Positions 41,001 through 50,600 of a stretch of 58,196 bases of DNA are shown piece by piece. The DNA is from Limisphaerales bacterium. Lineage in GTDB: Bacteria; Verrucomicrobiota; Verrucomicrobiia; Limisphaerales; SIBE01. The position numbers and the translations under genes were made by a program. Each line of letters starts with the position of its first letter. The first letter of the stretch is position 1. The DNA is taken from contig JBGAIN010000034.1 in the NCBI GenBank assembly GCA_044225505.1, forward strand, positions 1-58,196, read 5' to 3'. A model generated the notes under the pieces. The model made no database searches and had not been told where the DNA came from. It saw only the letters and a program-made list of their open reading frames with translations.

Positions 41001-43266
41001 CCGACAGGTTTAGACGGGCCATTTTCGCCTCGGCCTCCGTCAAGTCTTTCACCAATGGCCGAGCTTGGAAGACATTCGTTACATTTTCGTCCCGCTGGAG
41101 CAAGTTGGCGCGCTCCAGCCACGATATCGCGGTTCGCACTTTCGTGTCCGCCATGCGGTCTTGCAAGTCGATATCCACCTGCAATTCCTCATCACGAAGA
41201 ATTTCCCCACTGGTTATCACCAGCTCCTGTTTGTCACCGCGAGCGGCCCGGCGGAGGCTCCGTAAGATCTGGGCGATGTCTCGCCGGCTGAGCTCGGAAA
41301 ACGCCTCCATCCGGAACTGCCGTTCGCAATCGGCATCAGCGTAGAGCAGGATGCATTCGGCTTTCCTCCCATCTCGCCCAGCACGCCCCGCCTCCTGAAG
41401 ATAATTCTCAAGAGAACCAGGAGTGTCGGCGTGTATCACCAACCGGACGTCTTCCTTGTCGATCCCCATTCCAAACGCGTTGGTGGCGCAGATGACACGG
41501 GTGTCACCGGAAAGAAATTCGTCTTGGATGCGCTTCTTTTCAGGGGGAGTCAAACCGGCGTGGAAATGTGCGGCCTTCCAGCCGTGGGTGCGGAGGAACT
41601 CGGCCGTGAGTTCCGTCTCATTTCTCGTGGCTCGGAATACGATGGCACTCCCAGGAATGCCCTCTGGCATTCGTTCCGAGAGCAATTCATGCACTCGATC
41701 GAACTTTCCGGATTCGGGGATCGTCTGGACCTCAAACCAAAGGTTCTCCCGTTCGACACTACCCGAATACTGGTTTAATTCACGGCCGGTTTCGTGTTTG
41801 AAAAAGGCGATGATTTCGTCCTTCACATCCTGCTTGGCCGTGGCTGTGAAACAAGCGATGGGGGGAATTTCGATACCCTGCCGTTCTGCAAATTCGCGGA
41901 TGAACCGGCCCGCGTAGAGGTAGTCAGGTCGGAAATCGTGTCCCCACTTGGAAAGGCAATGTGCTTCGTCAAAAACCCAGCACCCGATTTCTCGTCGGGC
42001 AACCGCCTCGGCGAACGAGCGGTTCCGCAGTTGCTCCGGGGACACATACAGAATCGCGATATCGCCCAATCGGATTCGCCGCAAGACATCACTTCGCTCG
42101 GGAGCGGTCAGCAAACCGTATAGTGCCGCGGCGAAGGAGGTGCCAGTGCGGCGTATTAATCCATCCACCTGGTCCTTCATCAATGCCTGCAAGGGTGAGA
42201 GAACGATCGTCAGCACACCCCGCCGGTAATTCCGCACCAGGGCCGGGACTTGGTAGCAAAGCGACTTGCCCCCACCCGTGGGCAGAATCGCCAGCAACGA
42301 TTCACCGCGCATGCCTCCTTCGACTATCTCCTGCTGCAGGCTTCCCCCAGTGCTACTTCGGGGTACTGGACGGAACGAATCGAAGCCAAAGAACGCACGC
42401 AACTGCTCCTTCGCATTGTGAACACGCTGACAGTATCGACAGCCACTAGATTGGCAGGGGGTCTCACGCAACCGCTTAATCAGGTCTCCGGTTCGCGGAT
42501 GTTCCAGCCGGACCCACGGCGGCAAGATGGAGTTGGATCCGGCGACTCGCAGCCAAGTGAGCGTGTATGCCAGCGCCATCCGCGCGGATTGAGTCTGCAC
42601 CAAGGCATCGTCAATGGGAGTGCTGGCGCAGCCCCACTGCGGGACAAGCTCCGTGCACAAGGCGAGCGCTCTCTCCCGCGCCGGCATCGCACCTCCCAGA
42701 GCGCGGAATAATATGGCCATGCCTTCCGAATGGCGGTCGTTGTCGTGGTCCGCGGTCGCCAGAAGAAAGTGCAGAATGTCGAAAAAGCTTTGATCTTTTC
42801 GGCGCAGACCACTGAGGGATTGAAACTCGTCGGCAAAGAGCGCGGCCGCCTGGCGTGCGTCAGCAACGGGATCGTTCAGGCTTTCGCGCACCAGCTTGTA
42901 GTCTTTTACGAGCCGGTGATAGGGATTCTCCGGAAAGCAAATCGGAGACAGCACGAGAGTGTCTATAACCGGCAGGCGATGAATGCAGAGTTCGGGAGCC
43001 GCTTCACGGAGAATTGGCAGATCATGGCGGACCAGATTGTGACCGAGGACATAATGGGCGCGCTGTGCCAGGTCAGCAAGCGGCGCGAGAATGGCCTGAA
43101 GTTGGGCAGTCCCTGAGCGCGAGAGCGTCTGAGCTCCTACCGCAGCTCCAAGCTTGAGGATCTTGCCCTGAGGCGACACTTCAAGGTCAAGGAGAAGAGC
43201 GCGTTCGAGCAGCGGGCCAAGCGGCTCAATGCCTTCGCGTTTGCTCTGTTCTTGCCCCAAATTCAT
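38038..43266 (-). CDS. Fusion of a DnaQ-like exonuclease, RecQ (SF2) helicase and UvrD (SF1) helicase
   Basis: Exo: LLDLEV, GHNL..HD, IDTL, DPVAD. RecQ: PTGGGKS, DEAH, TAT, ATNAFGMGIDK, QEAGRAGRDG. UvrD: AGPGSGKS, DEYQD, VGDDDQNIY, NYRS, TVHAAKGTEYD, EERRTFYVGLTRA. Confidence 0.92.
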   Translation of the reverse strand: MNLGQEQSKREGIEPLGPLLERALLLDLEVSPQGKILKLGAAVGAQTLSRSGTAQLQAILAPLADLAQRAHYVLGHNLVRHDLPILREAAPELCIHRLPVIDTLVLSPICFPENPYHRLVKDYKLVRESLNDPVADARQAAALFADEFQSLSGLRRKDQSFFDILHFLLATADHDNDRHSEGMAILFRALGGAMPARERALALCTELVPQWGCASTPIDDALVQTQSARMALAYTLTWLRVAGSNSILPPWVRLEHPRTGDLIKRLRETPCQSSGCRYCQRVHNAKEQLRAFFGFDSFRPVPRSSTGGSLQQEIVEGGMRGESLLAILPTGGGKSLCYQVPALVRNYRRGVLTIVLSPLQALMKDQVDGLIRRTGTSFAAALYGLLTAPERSDVLRRIRLGDIAILYVSPEQLRNRSFAEAVARREIGCWVFDEAHCLSKWGHDFRPDYLYAGRFIREFAERQGIEIPPIACFTATAKQDVKDEIIAFFKHETGRELNQYSGSVERENLWFEVQTIPESGKFDRVHELLSERMPEGIPGSAIVFRATRNETELTAEFLRTHGWKAAHFHAGLTPPEKKRIQDEFLSGDTRVICATNAFGMGIDKEDVRLVIHADTPGSLENYLQEAGRAGRDGRKAECILLYADADCERQFRMEAFSELSRRDIAQILRSLRRAARGDKQELVITSGEILRDEELQVDIDLQDRMADTKVRTAISWLERANLLQRDENVTNVFQARPLVKDLTEAEAKMARLNLSESEKSLWRAILREIFNTPPTESLTVDRLALLPEFTNYAKGNPTASANPEFLSARILKILGSMTDAGLMKRDMRLTAFVRHKVVDHSRLRLDRIVALDRKLVDILALEEPDPEGWLPLLLRLLNERLCAEGLESSIELVRSLLKSLSEDGRGFAGTHGSIEMRFIARDSYHIRVRRNWTTISELAEKRRRLSSVILDTLLNKIPSETAASADLLIEFHFEELHEAIENDLLLRSEVRDFDAAIERALMFLHEQRVIVLQQGLAVFRSAMTIRFQPERRGEKYKVSDYQPLEHHYKERILQVHVMSEYARLGLERIQAALELVLAYFTLAKDEFLRRYFRTKPDLLQHATTAASFQKIVTDLANPAQIRVVTAPASRNMLILAGPGSGKSKVVVHRCAYLLRVERVRPQTVLICCFNRHAAVELRRRLSDLVGDDARGVTVLTYHALAMRLLGFSYSAQATGSRNIDFDALISDATRLLRGETIPPGVEADEIRDRLLAGFQYILVDEYQDIDEPQYELISAIAGRTIEDADQKLSILAVGDDDQNIYTFRGTNVRFIRQFQQDYSAEVHYLVENYRSTRNIIDAANEIIALNTDRMKTELPIRIDTHRAMLESGGEFERRDLLYRGKVQLIEVADETSHARAVIAELKRLRALGVTNWSSMAVLSREHADLARVRTLAEDESIPIRWVAGRSAMPALHQVREVSRFISEVVRERGGFKRASVLHEIAAHLNRDSEYNQWMQFLDRLLTAWERESGNAELPVQEAVEYFYEACAESRRELSYGDGVTLATVHAAKGTEYDHVLLIGPWRLSPARALQEEERRTFYVGLTRARKTLAVFDRTDIRPSFPQQTGGRGTSRYRFTPGVAKVPVAWLSYEVLSLQDMHLGYAGQFDQYHPIHAALAALKPQDRLTMQPAPGNGVGLFNESQTCVARLSRSAQEKWASRNTSVREVRVLAMIQRSSRQDPDESRREQYKVENWEVPLVEIVYDA

Positions 43267-43390
43267 GCTGCTTGAGCCAAGATTAAGCCTTTACTGTTCA
43301 AGGCAGGGACCTCCGCCCGGGCAAAACCGTCCGTCGAGAGTACCGCCATAACGTTTTTACGCGCCTAAGTGACTCAACCGTTCAATACAA

Positions 43391-43612
43391 TCAGATAGCA
43401 TTTTGCATGCAATCTCCTGAGGGCACGAATCTCTGCAGGAGGTCCCGCGCTTCCAGCTCGACATCCGCCAGGCACCCAGGCGGCAGGACGGGTAGTTCTC
43501 CGTGCGCGATTAGCCGGTAAAGGCTCCGGAGCGAAATTTCGAGCGTGGGTGCTGCGAGCCATACCGAGACGAGTTGCTCGGTCCGTTTTGTATCCGTAGC
43601 GGGAAGAGTCAT
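43391..43612 (-). pseudogene. Excisionase-like (HTH_17) DNA-binding remnant
   Basis: EQLVSV..AA..LEISLRSLYRLIAHGELP; the expected beta-wing is absent afterwards. Confidence 0.55.
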
Positions 43613-43971
43613 CTCTGGAATGAACGCGACGGGGCAGGCCAATTTCCGAGCGATACGCTCTGGATCGAAATCCGGCCAACCCCCTGCCAGCCTTAACCCT
43701 CCGCCCATTACGCTACAACCCGTCTCTGCCGCTTCGCATGGTGTGTCATCTCGCACGCCTCTAAACTTCAGCGGCGCCGGCCTGCGGTCAAGTGTCGGGC
43801 GGCAGATTCGTCATGGGGGGGGCCAGGGACTTGAATCACCGATACCAGATATGGTATCATTAGAATAACGGGGAAGTGACTTTTGAACTGGACGGTCCTG
43901 ATTCTCAACGCCGCCGTGGAAGCCGAGCTCAACGACCTCCCGGCCGACATGAGAGTGGAAGCCGCGGGTAA

Positions 43972-44274
43972 GGGGTCCGTCCCGCAGATACGCATGTTCG
44001 ATGTTCCGCCAAAGTGCCTCACGATGGCTTGAGCCACTCCCGGACACAGCCGGCAGCGTAGCCTGCTGCGCCCATCATCCAGGGAGCGGCGATTCATGGC
44101 CAGGGCCTGTAATCACAAGCCATTCTCAAGTATCTGTTGCCGCTCCCGTCCACCGGCAACGCTTGATATCGTCCGCTGAGGATACTGCCCTCCAGTTTCC
44201 ACGCCATTCCAAGGACCTGCCGCTGCCTCGCCTCAAGCGTCAACATCTATATTGCATTCTTCGGGCCTGACCCC
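43972..44274 (-). mobile_element. RAYT-derived miniature element, family A, copy 1
   Basis: Ends GGGGTCCGTCCCGCAGATACGCA ... TGCATTCTTCGGGCCTGACCCC; near-identical to 51730-52025 and 54019-54320. Minus strand reads MAWKL..SGRYQALPVDGSGNRYLRMACDY..PWP*IAA..MGAAGYAAGCVR. Confidence 0.85.
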
Positions 44275-44276
44275 TT

Positions 44277-44470
44277 CGCAGCGCTCCCGACTCGAGCAGT
44301 TCGCCACTCTCGATGAATCGCAAGTATGCGTTGAGCTTCTCCTGCAAAAGTTCCAGGTGCTGGGCCTCTGAGGTCTCCCAATCCAGATAATCCGCGATGG
44401 TCAACACAACATCTCCGGTCGTCTTCTCGATCCCGACTGCGTCGACAATGTTTGACTTCTCGATAGCCAT
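44277..44470 (-). pseudogene. DUF6572-like protein, 3'-truncated at element A1
   Basis: MAIEKSNIVDAVGI...VVLTIADYLDW....HLELLQEKLNAYLRFIESGELLES, then runs into the repeat. Confidence 0.7.
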
Positions 44471-44624
44471 CAGAGCGGGGAGTGGTTTCAAGATCCGCAT
44501 GACCGACTGCTGCTGACATTGGGTTCACGCCGTCAAGGTCACCTCCGAAATACTTCGGGCAAGCGCGAAACGGAAGCAAGCAGCAATTCTGGTCCATGCG
44601 GTGATTAGCGCTCGTTTCCGGCTG

Positions 44625-44660
44625 CGGTCGGAGTCGGGGTCGCTATCGGTATCGGTATCG
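44625..44660. repeat. Six tandem NNNTCG hexamers
   Basis: cggtcg gagtcg gggtcg ctatcg gtatcg gtatcg. Confidence 0.7.
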
Positions 44661-44706
44661 TTCCTGGATACGCTGTGCTCACCCGTTTCCTTGTGGATCG
44701 ACATCG

Positions 44707-44806
44707 TCGGAGGGGTCAGACCCGAATATCGCATATTCGTGCGAAAGCTTCTCACGATTGATTGACAACTCGCGCACGCGCGCGGCTGCATGTTTTGCCG
44801 CGCTTT
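44707..44806. mobile_element. RAYT-associated element, family B, one end only
   Basis: TCGGAGGGGTCAGACCCGAATATCGCATAT..GTGCGAAAGCTTCTCACGATTG..CTGCATG.TTTGCCGCGCTT, shared with 57211-57310. Confidence 0.75.
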
Positions 44807-44854
44807 TTCGACGAAATCGTTCTTCCCCAGACGGTGCATCAGGAATTGCTCCAC
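44786..44854 (+). pseudogene. Possible PIN-like (DUF3368-type) gene fragment
   Basis: LHVLPRFFDEIVLPQTVHQELLH resembles the DUF3368 N-terminal pattern; short, and partly overlaps element B1. Confidence 0.4.
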
Positions 44855-45368
44855 CGTCACGGTGCGATGTCGGTTCTGCCTCGGGAGCGGCTCTTAAACT
44901 ATTCTTTCCCAAATCAGACAAAGCCGCAAAAGCGCGAGTTAGCGACGCGGCCTGATTGCGAAACAACTGCAGATTATATAGTTAGCAAATCGTCCACAAA
45001 TGTGGACACGTCATAACTCTGCGGAGCATTGGACCCCACCCAAGGTATCGGAGCGGCGAACAGCGCCTGACGTCGATAAGAGATTGACATTCTATAGTCG
45101 CTATGCATTAGTTTGTTGAGGTTTAACTTTAGCCATAGCGAACTGATATAAACTGACTGGCGATGGCGCCGAAGCGAGTGGGTTCCTGGACCCGCTCTCC
45201 ACCCGCCGGACCGAGTCAGATCGTTCCTAAAAGGGCACCCCAAGGCTGCCCGGCCAAAGTTATAACCATGCGAAATCCACACTCGTCGCCCCGCAGCTGC
45301 TTGCCGTTCCGTCACCCGTGTTCCAATGCCGGACCAGGCGCCGAACTCCCGTCGTCGCTCGAGGCGAT

Positions 45369-45439
45369 CTCATGTCTGCTTTATGGGTCTTCTATGGTTC
45401 CTCTGTGCTTTGTTTATGCTGGCATAAAGCAGCCACAAT
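45369..45439. repeat. 11-bp-phased direct and inverted repeat array
   Basis: Units ctcATGtctgc/tttATGggtct/tctATGgttcc/tctGTGctttg/tttATGctggc with cores at 45372, 45383, 45394, 45405, 45416; inverted CAT/CAC at 45423 and 45434; central palindrome TTTATGC-TG-GCATAAA. Confidence 0.75.
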
Positions 45440-45575
45440 GGAGGGAAGTGTCACTCAAGAATATGTCCGTGATGCAGTGTCCGTCTCGGATACCTGCCAG
45501 CGCGTTCACGTTCAACAGAACTGCCGACGAAAAGCCGGCCGACATAACCAACGACAAATAACCAATAAAGAGTAT

Positions 45576-46181
45576 ATGGCGAAAATTGACCTCAACCCGC
45601 TCCTCAGATCGCTCCGCGGCCGCATTGGCGACCTCGTCTTTGTCCAAGAGGGCGATTCCTTAACCGTCCGCCACGCCGCTGAGAACGGCACGACTTTGCG
45701 GAGTCTAGCGCAAAAAGCGCATACCAACCGCTTTGTTGTGGCCTCACGGTGGGCACGCACGCTTCTAGCAGATCCCAACATGCGCAAGCTTTACCAGCAG
45801 GGCTGCCACGACCATCTCACGCCGCACAACGTTGCCGTGAGCGACTACATGCACGCGCCGGTAGTCGATGCCATCGATCTGGAGTCTTACACCGGCAATC
45901 GTGGCGACAGGATCCGAATTCTCGCCAGGGACGATTTTAAGATCGTGCGCATGGCGGTGCACATTCTTGGTGTGGATGGGCAGAGCGTCGAGGAAGGCGA
46001 AGCGGAATGGGACGTGGGCGCGGCGGGCTGGATTTACTTAGCCCAGGCACAGGTGCCGGCCAAGACGACGGTGCTGATCCAAGTGGCAGCCTTAGACCTG
46101 CCAGGCAACCGCGGGACAGCTAAAGCCTACTTTTACGTCGACCCGGTCCGAGACGAAGCTCGACTCACCCGTAAACCCTAA
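45576..46181 (+). CDS. Conserved hypothetical protein with 'LRGRIGDLVF' N-terminus (DUF6266-like) and an Ig-like C-terminal domain
   Basis: MAKIDLNPLLRSLRGRIGDLVF...SLAQKAH..RF..AS.WA...Y...HNVAVSDYMHAP.V..IDL..YTG..GD.IRI.ARDDF....DLPGN; ATG follows an A-rich leader. Confidence 0.8.
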   Translation: MAKIDLNPLLRSLRGRIGDLVFVQEGDSLTVRHAAENGTTLRSLAQKAHTNRFVVASRWARTLLADPNMRKLYQQGCHDHLTPHNVAVSDYMHAPVVDAIDLESYTGNRGDRIRILARDDFKIVRMAVHILGVDGQSVEEGEAEWDVGAAGWIYLAQAQVPAKTTVLIQVAALDLPGNRGTAKAYFYVDPVRDEARLTRKP

Positions 46182-46381
46182 AACGGACGGCCTACTCAGC
46201 CCAACCCCGGAGGACTGCTGATGCAAACGGATTCAACAGCGGCATTTGACACTTCATTTTCACTCCCGGTCGCACTCTCGCTGCCACTGTGAGGCCTCTG
46301 CAACCTGGTCAGGCCTCCTGTCGCCAGAACAACTGGCTGCTCGTGAATGAGTTGGGCATAACGGAGGCGGTCTTTAGCGTC

Positions 46382-46935
46382 TTAGCGAAGATTTCGAGTC
46401 CTGTATTTCGCTTGTAACAGTTCTACGGCCGGTAAGACAATGCGCTCCATGGCTCGGGCTAATCGGCTGAGCGGATACGGAGGGGTATTCCTTGTGACAC
46501 ATCGATGCCACAACCGGGAGTTTTTGCTCAAATTCGCCCTGGACCGTGAGGGCTACCGCGCCCGGTTGCGTGAACACTGGCCGCAGTTTGAAGTGGCGCT
46601 TCTGGACTACTGCATCACCTCCAATCACGTGCATCTGCGCTTGGATGCCCAGGAGCGGATGAAAATCAGCGGATGGATGCGGATGGTGGCCGGAGAGTTT
46701 GCCCGCGCTGACAACCGGCGCAAGAAACGGACGAATGCGTATTGGGGAGACAATTTCCACGCGACGCTGGTGGAAGGAGGGAGTTACCTGTGGCGCTGCC
46801 TGTGCTACATCGAGCTGAATAGGGTGCGCTGGGGGCGGGTTGGGCATCCGCGCCACAAGAGAGGCAAGAGCTTTGGTTGCTCCAGGAAGGCGCTGCGCCT
46901 TACGGCGGGAAAACGAGGTCGGAATCTCCGTTTAA
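46382..46935 (+). mobile_element. Internally deleted RAYT / Y1 HUH transposase element with imperfect terminal inverted repeats
   Basis: From ATG 46449: MAR...VTHRCHNREFLL, YCITSNHVHL (HUH), YWGDNFH, CLCYIELN (catalytic Tyr), then loses similarity after GHP. IRs TTAGCGAAGATTTCGAGTCCTGTATTTCGC (46382-46411) and GCGGGAAAACGAGGTCGGAATCTCCGTTTAA (46905-46935). Confidence 0.82.
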
Positions 46936-47027
46936 ACCGGGTCTTTAACGCTATCGAAATGGCGAACAAACACAGCCGCAATGACTTGTTCTGGCGACAG
47001 GAGACACCAACATCCCAAGCCTCCCAT

Positions 47028-47528
47028 TTACTCCTCGGGCCATTCTGCTTCTGACTTGGGTTCCCGCACTTCGCGAGTCGGACGCCGGTGGATCTCATCC
47101 TCAGGCACAAACTCGATCCGCATTCCCCAGCCGGCATACGTCGTCAGAAGTCGGCCAAACTCCTCTAACCTCAGCGCATGCTCGTCAATCCCAACGACTA
47201 ACTCTCCCTCCTCGTCCTCAATCAAGCAGCGCAACACGCTACCCCGGGGCACCCATTGGTCGCTCCGCTTTAGATAACGAATCTGAGGCGAGTTGAGCGG
47301 CACTTCCACGGCAACATGCTTGTGCCCGGCGGCCACTTGAGCCTCCGTGCGAAGGATGTCGTTGAAGAGTTCGAGGATTTGCTCATCGCTCATCGAAGCC
47401 AGCCCAGGTCCAATCTTCAAGTGCGTATCGGGAATGCCTTCCTCCTTGTAGTTGATCACCGCCTCCTCGCCCTCCCGACGGATGGTCACCTCGTCCAGAC
47501 GCACGATGTAACGTTCTTTGCGCTTCAT
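47028..47528 (-). CDS. Conserved hypothetical protein
   Basis: Clean 166-aa ORF with globular composition (QWVPRGSVLRC, LEEFGRLLTTYAGWGMRIEFVPED). Confidence 0.75.
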   Translation of the reverse strand: MKRKERYIVRLDEVTIRREGEEAVINYKEEGIPDTHLKIGPGLASMSDEQILELFNDILRTEAQVAAGHKHVAVEVPLNSPQIRYLKRSDQWVPRGSVLRCLIEDEEGELVVGIDEHALRLEEFGRLLTTYAGWGMRIEFVPEDEIHRRPTREVREPKSEAEWPEE

Positions 47529-47600
47529 GAGGTGCCACAACTAAGGTCCACAGCGGCTATGTCAATCCATCTTCACGCCGTGGGATCCGGCTCATGGTGT

Positions 47601-50600
47601 CTACCGTAATTGGGCGATCTCGTTTTCGGTCAGGTCTCGGCCAAACACCTTTGCCTCGTCGATGGCAACGTGACCTAATCCCCCGCCAGGGCCGAGATCG
47701 AGGCCAAGCCGGTTGCTCGCTTTAAGGCGTTTGGCCAATTTGCCGGTGCCCTGCAGCTGACTGTCCACATAGAGTCGTTGGCCTCCTGGTTCAACGGTCG
47801 TGACCAGGCAGTGCCACTGCCCGTCGTTGAAACGCGCGCTGCTTTCCAGGGCGGCATCTCCTTGAAGCTGAAAGCGCACTCGGCCGTTCTGCACGGAAAC
47901 CACGTGGTCGCTCCAACGATTGTTGTAGCTGGAATAGCGTCGCGCTTCACACAACCGGAGATTCTCGGCGGTGGTCTTGAACCAGAACGCAATGGTGTAG
48001 TTCGAATCCGGCAGGCGAAGCTCTTCGTCTACAGGGAACAGTGCGGGCTGGAAATCGCCGTTGGCCTCAAGCTCGATGGCCTGTCCAATCTTGCCGGGAA
48101 CTCGGCGAGCGCGGCCTGTCAGGCGCCCGAAGACGTCGCCTCCAGCGCGGCTGCGGCAAAGGACACTTTGCGTTTCCTCAAAGTCAAAATGGGCCAGCAG
48201 ATCAGGGCGTGGATGGGGAGCCAGTTCCAGCATCTTCTTTGGCCCCGACTCGGGATGCAGGAGGTCGGAGGGGATGGCTTGCCTGTCCAGGCCAGGCGAC
48301 TCCCAACAAAGCCTCGCAACGGCATTGGTGGCAAAACCGCATTCCAGGCGAAGATCATAGCGTTCACCTGCCTGGAGTGGGACTTCCGCGTAAATCCCTT
48401 GGTGCTGGGGCAAGCCGAAGGTCGTTTCCTCATAAAGGTGGGCGGCCGTGTCCAGGACGAGGTTCCCGGCAATCCAGAGCTTAAGCCACCGTGGGTGTCC
48501 CGGCGTTCCCCAGCCTTCGCCGCGCCACGGAGCGTACGATTCAAAGACAAATCGGTACCGCTCACTCGTGGGCGCTTCCACCTGACCGGTCCAGCGGCAG
48601 GAGAAACTCCGCTGATCCAGGCCCTTGGGCAGACCTTCTTTGCCGCGGAACCAGTAAAAGAAGACCAGCTTGTCGGTCCGGCTCAGGACCGGTTCACCCG
48701 TGCAATCCGGGCTATTGAAATACTCGCCTTTCAAACCGGTGCCATCGCGCTTAGCGACCTGGACTGCTGGCGCGGCGAGCTTCACCATCCCGCTAGACCG
48801 GTGCCAGCGGTCCCAGCCCGTGATGCGATAGATGGGGGCACCGCCTCCAGAGTTGAGGGCGTAAAAGAACGTCTCCCCGGTTTGGGGATCGGTGTAGAGA
48901 TGGCCGGTGGGGTACTCGTTGGTATTGTCCTCGCCGTGTTTGAGCTTCGGCAGGTTATCGATCGGGACGCGCAGTAGCTCGTCCACGAAAAGACCGTCTT
49001 CTGTCCACACGGTTGGCCGGGCGATTTCCTCGTCCGAAGCGTCAGACCAGATCACGCAACCGTGGGTGTAGCCGACCAGTCCGCGTGGCATGGCGGTTGT
49101 TCCAAGCTCGTGATCGTCGTCCGAGCTGTGCTTGCCCACGCTCCAGAGCGGTTTTCCGCTTCCACTCCACTTCACCAGTCGATCAATCCCGGAACAGGAG
49201 TTGTAATACCAGGCACCGTGGTTCTCCGTTCCTTCAAACGGATTGGCCAGGCTCTCAGAGATGGTTCCGAACCAACTCCCATCCGCCGCGTGTCGAAAGT
49301 CGAGCGGATGATAAGTCCGTCCGTTTTCTTTCCAGGGTTCCACTTTGTTAGCCAGGCTCCAGTCGTAAACGGGCGTGCCTCCTACCGTGATCCGAGCAGG
49401 TCTCAGTTGGTGACCAGCCTGATACGCTGTTCCAAAGGGGGTGGTGCGGATGGAAAGGTCGTCAGGATCAACATAGCCCCCGACCACGTTGCGATTGAGT
49501 TGCATAATTTCCTCGTCCGAGACCTGCCCATCGTCATTGAGGTCATTCCAGATAATCGCATGACCGCCTGCCCCGCTGCTGGCGTTGCTGGGCCGCACCC
49601 GCTTGGTGATCGGATCGTAGACGTGAAGCGTCAGGGAACCCATGGCTCCGTTGTAGATGTAGACGCGACCCTGGGATTGGAACACGGTGGGAACAGCGGA
49701 ACCGTGAGTGCTGTTATTTCGGAACAAGCGGTTGCTCGCTAATGAATCCTGATAGATTTCCACGAGTCGGCAAGTCTTCGCTTGATAGTCGACCTCCCAT
49801 CGCAGCAGCGCGGGGATATCAGCATTAGCTCGCGTCCAGACGAACTTCGGGTCGCCCGGCTCGGGACATGCAATAATCCCGTAATGCTGCGCACCGTACC
49901 ATTCGCGCCGTAACTCACCCTTGCCATTGAAGCGGGCGGTCCGGCGCGGGGGCGTGTGGTTCCCTTCCGTGACAATGAAGCCGCCTTCGGCGTCGGCCTC
50001 GATGTCCGTCAATCCGCGGAAATCCGTCGGCACATAGACGCCATCACCCCGCCCCTCAGCCCGACCGAACGCTTGCACGAAATGGCCATCGGCCGTGAAC
50101 CGCAAGACTTGGTGGTGTCGCCCAATTGAACCCGGCGTCAGCTTGACGCCCGCCGCCAAATCGGGGGTCTTGCCATCGGCAACGTCGGGCACCGGCGCCT
50201 CGGCTTTCCCTCGAGCCAAATCGCTGTTCTCCGCAACAAAGATGTCGCCGGTCTTGGCGCTGACGGCCACACGCCAGGGGCTCTCCAGCCGGTCGGCGGC
50301 AATGACGACGCGCGGATTCTTGTCCTGCCGGCTGAGGGCGAGCAAGGCCCCTTGCGAAATCACCCGCACGCTGCCGTCCGGGGCGACGGCGATGCCGAGC
50401 GGCTTGGAGATGCCCTTGACCGTATCCACGAGGTTGCCATCTCTGGCACTAAACCAGGCCAGGGCGTCATGCTGGGGATAGGCGGCGACGAGCAGGCCGT
50501 TCACCGGGTCGCCGCACAGGTCCTGCGGCCGCTCTTCCATATAGTGTTTGCGTCGCTCCTCGTCGCGGGTTCCAGCAGGTGCCACGAACGATTCCCAGCG

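Noticed and set aside
43340..43415. AT-richer tract upstream of the helicase fusion as a recombination (att/dif-like) site
   Set aside because: The resemblance is vague, with no partner site or recombinase; it may simply be the promoter.
43811..44097. Recurring small ORFs 'MSGSGSSHREALW' and 'MFSQSASRWLEPLPDTAG'
   Set aside because: They are translations of the repeated element in other frames, not a gene family.
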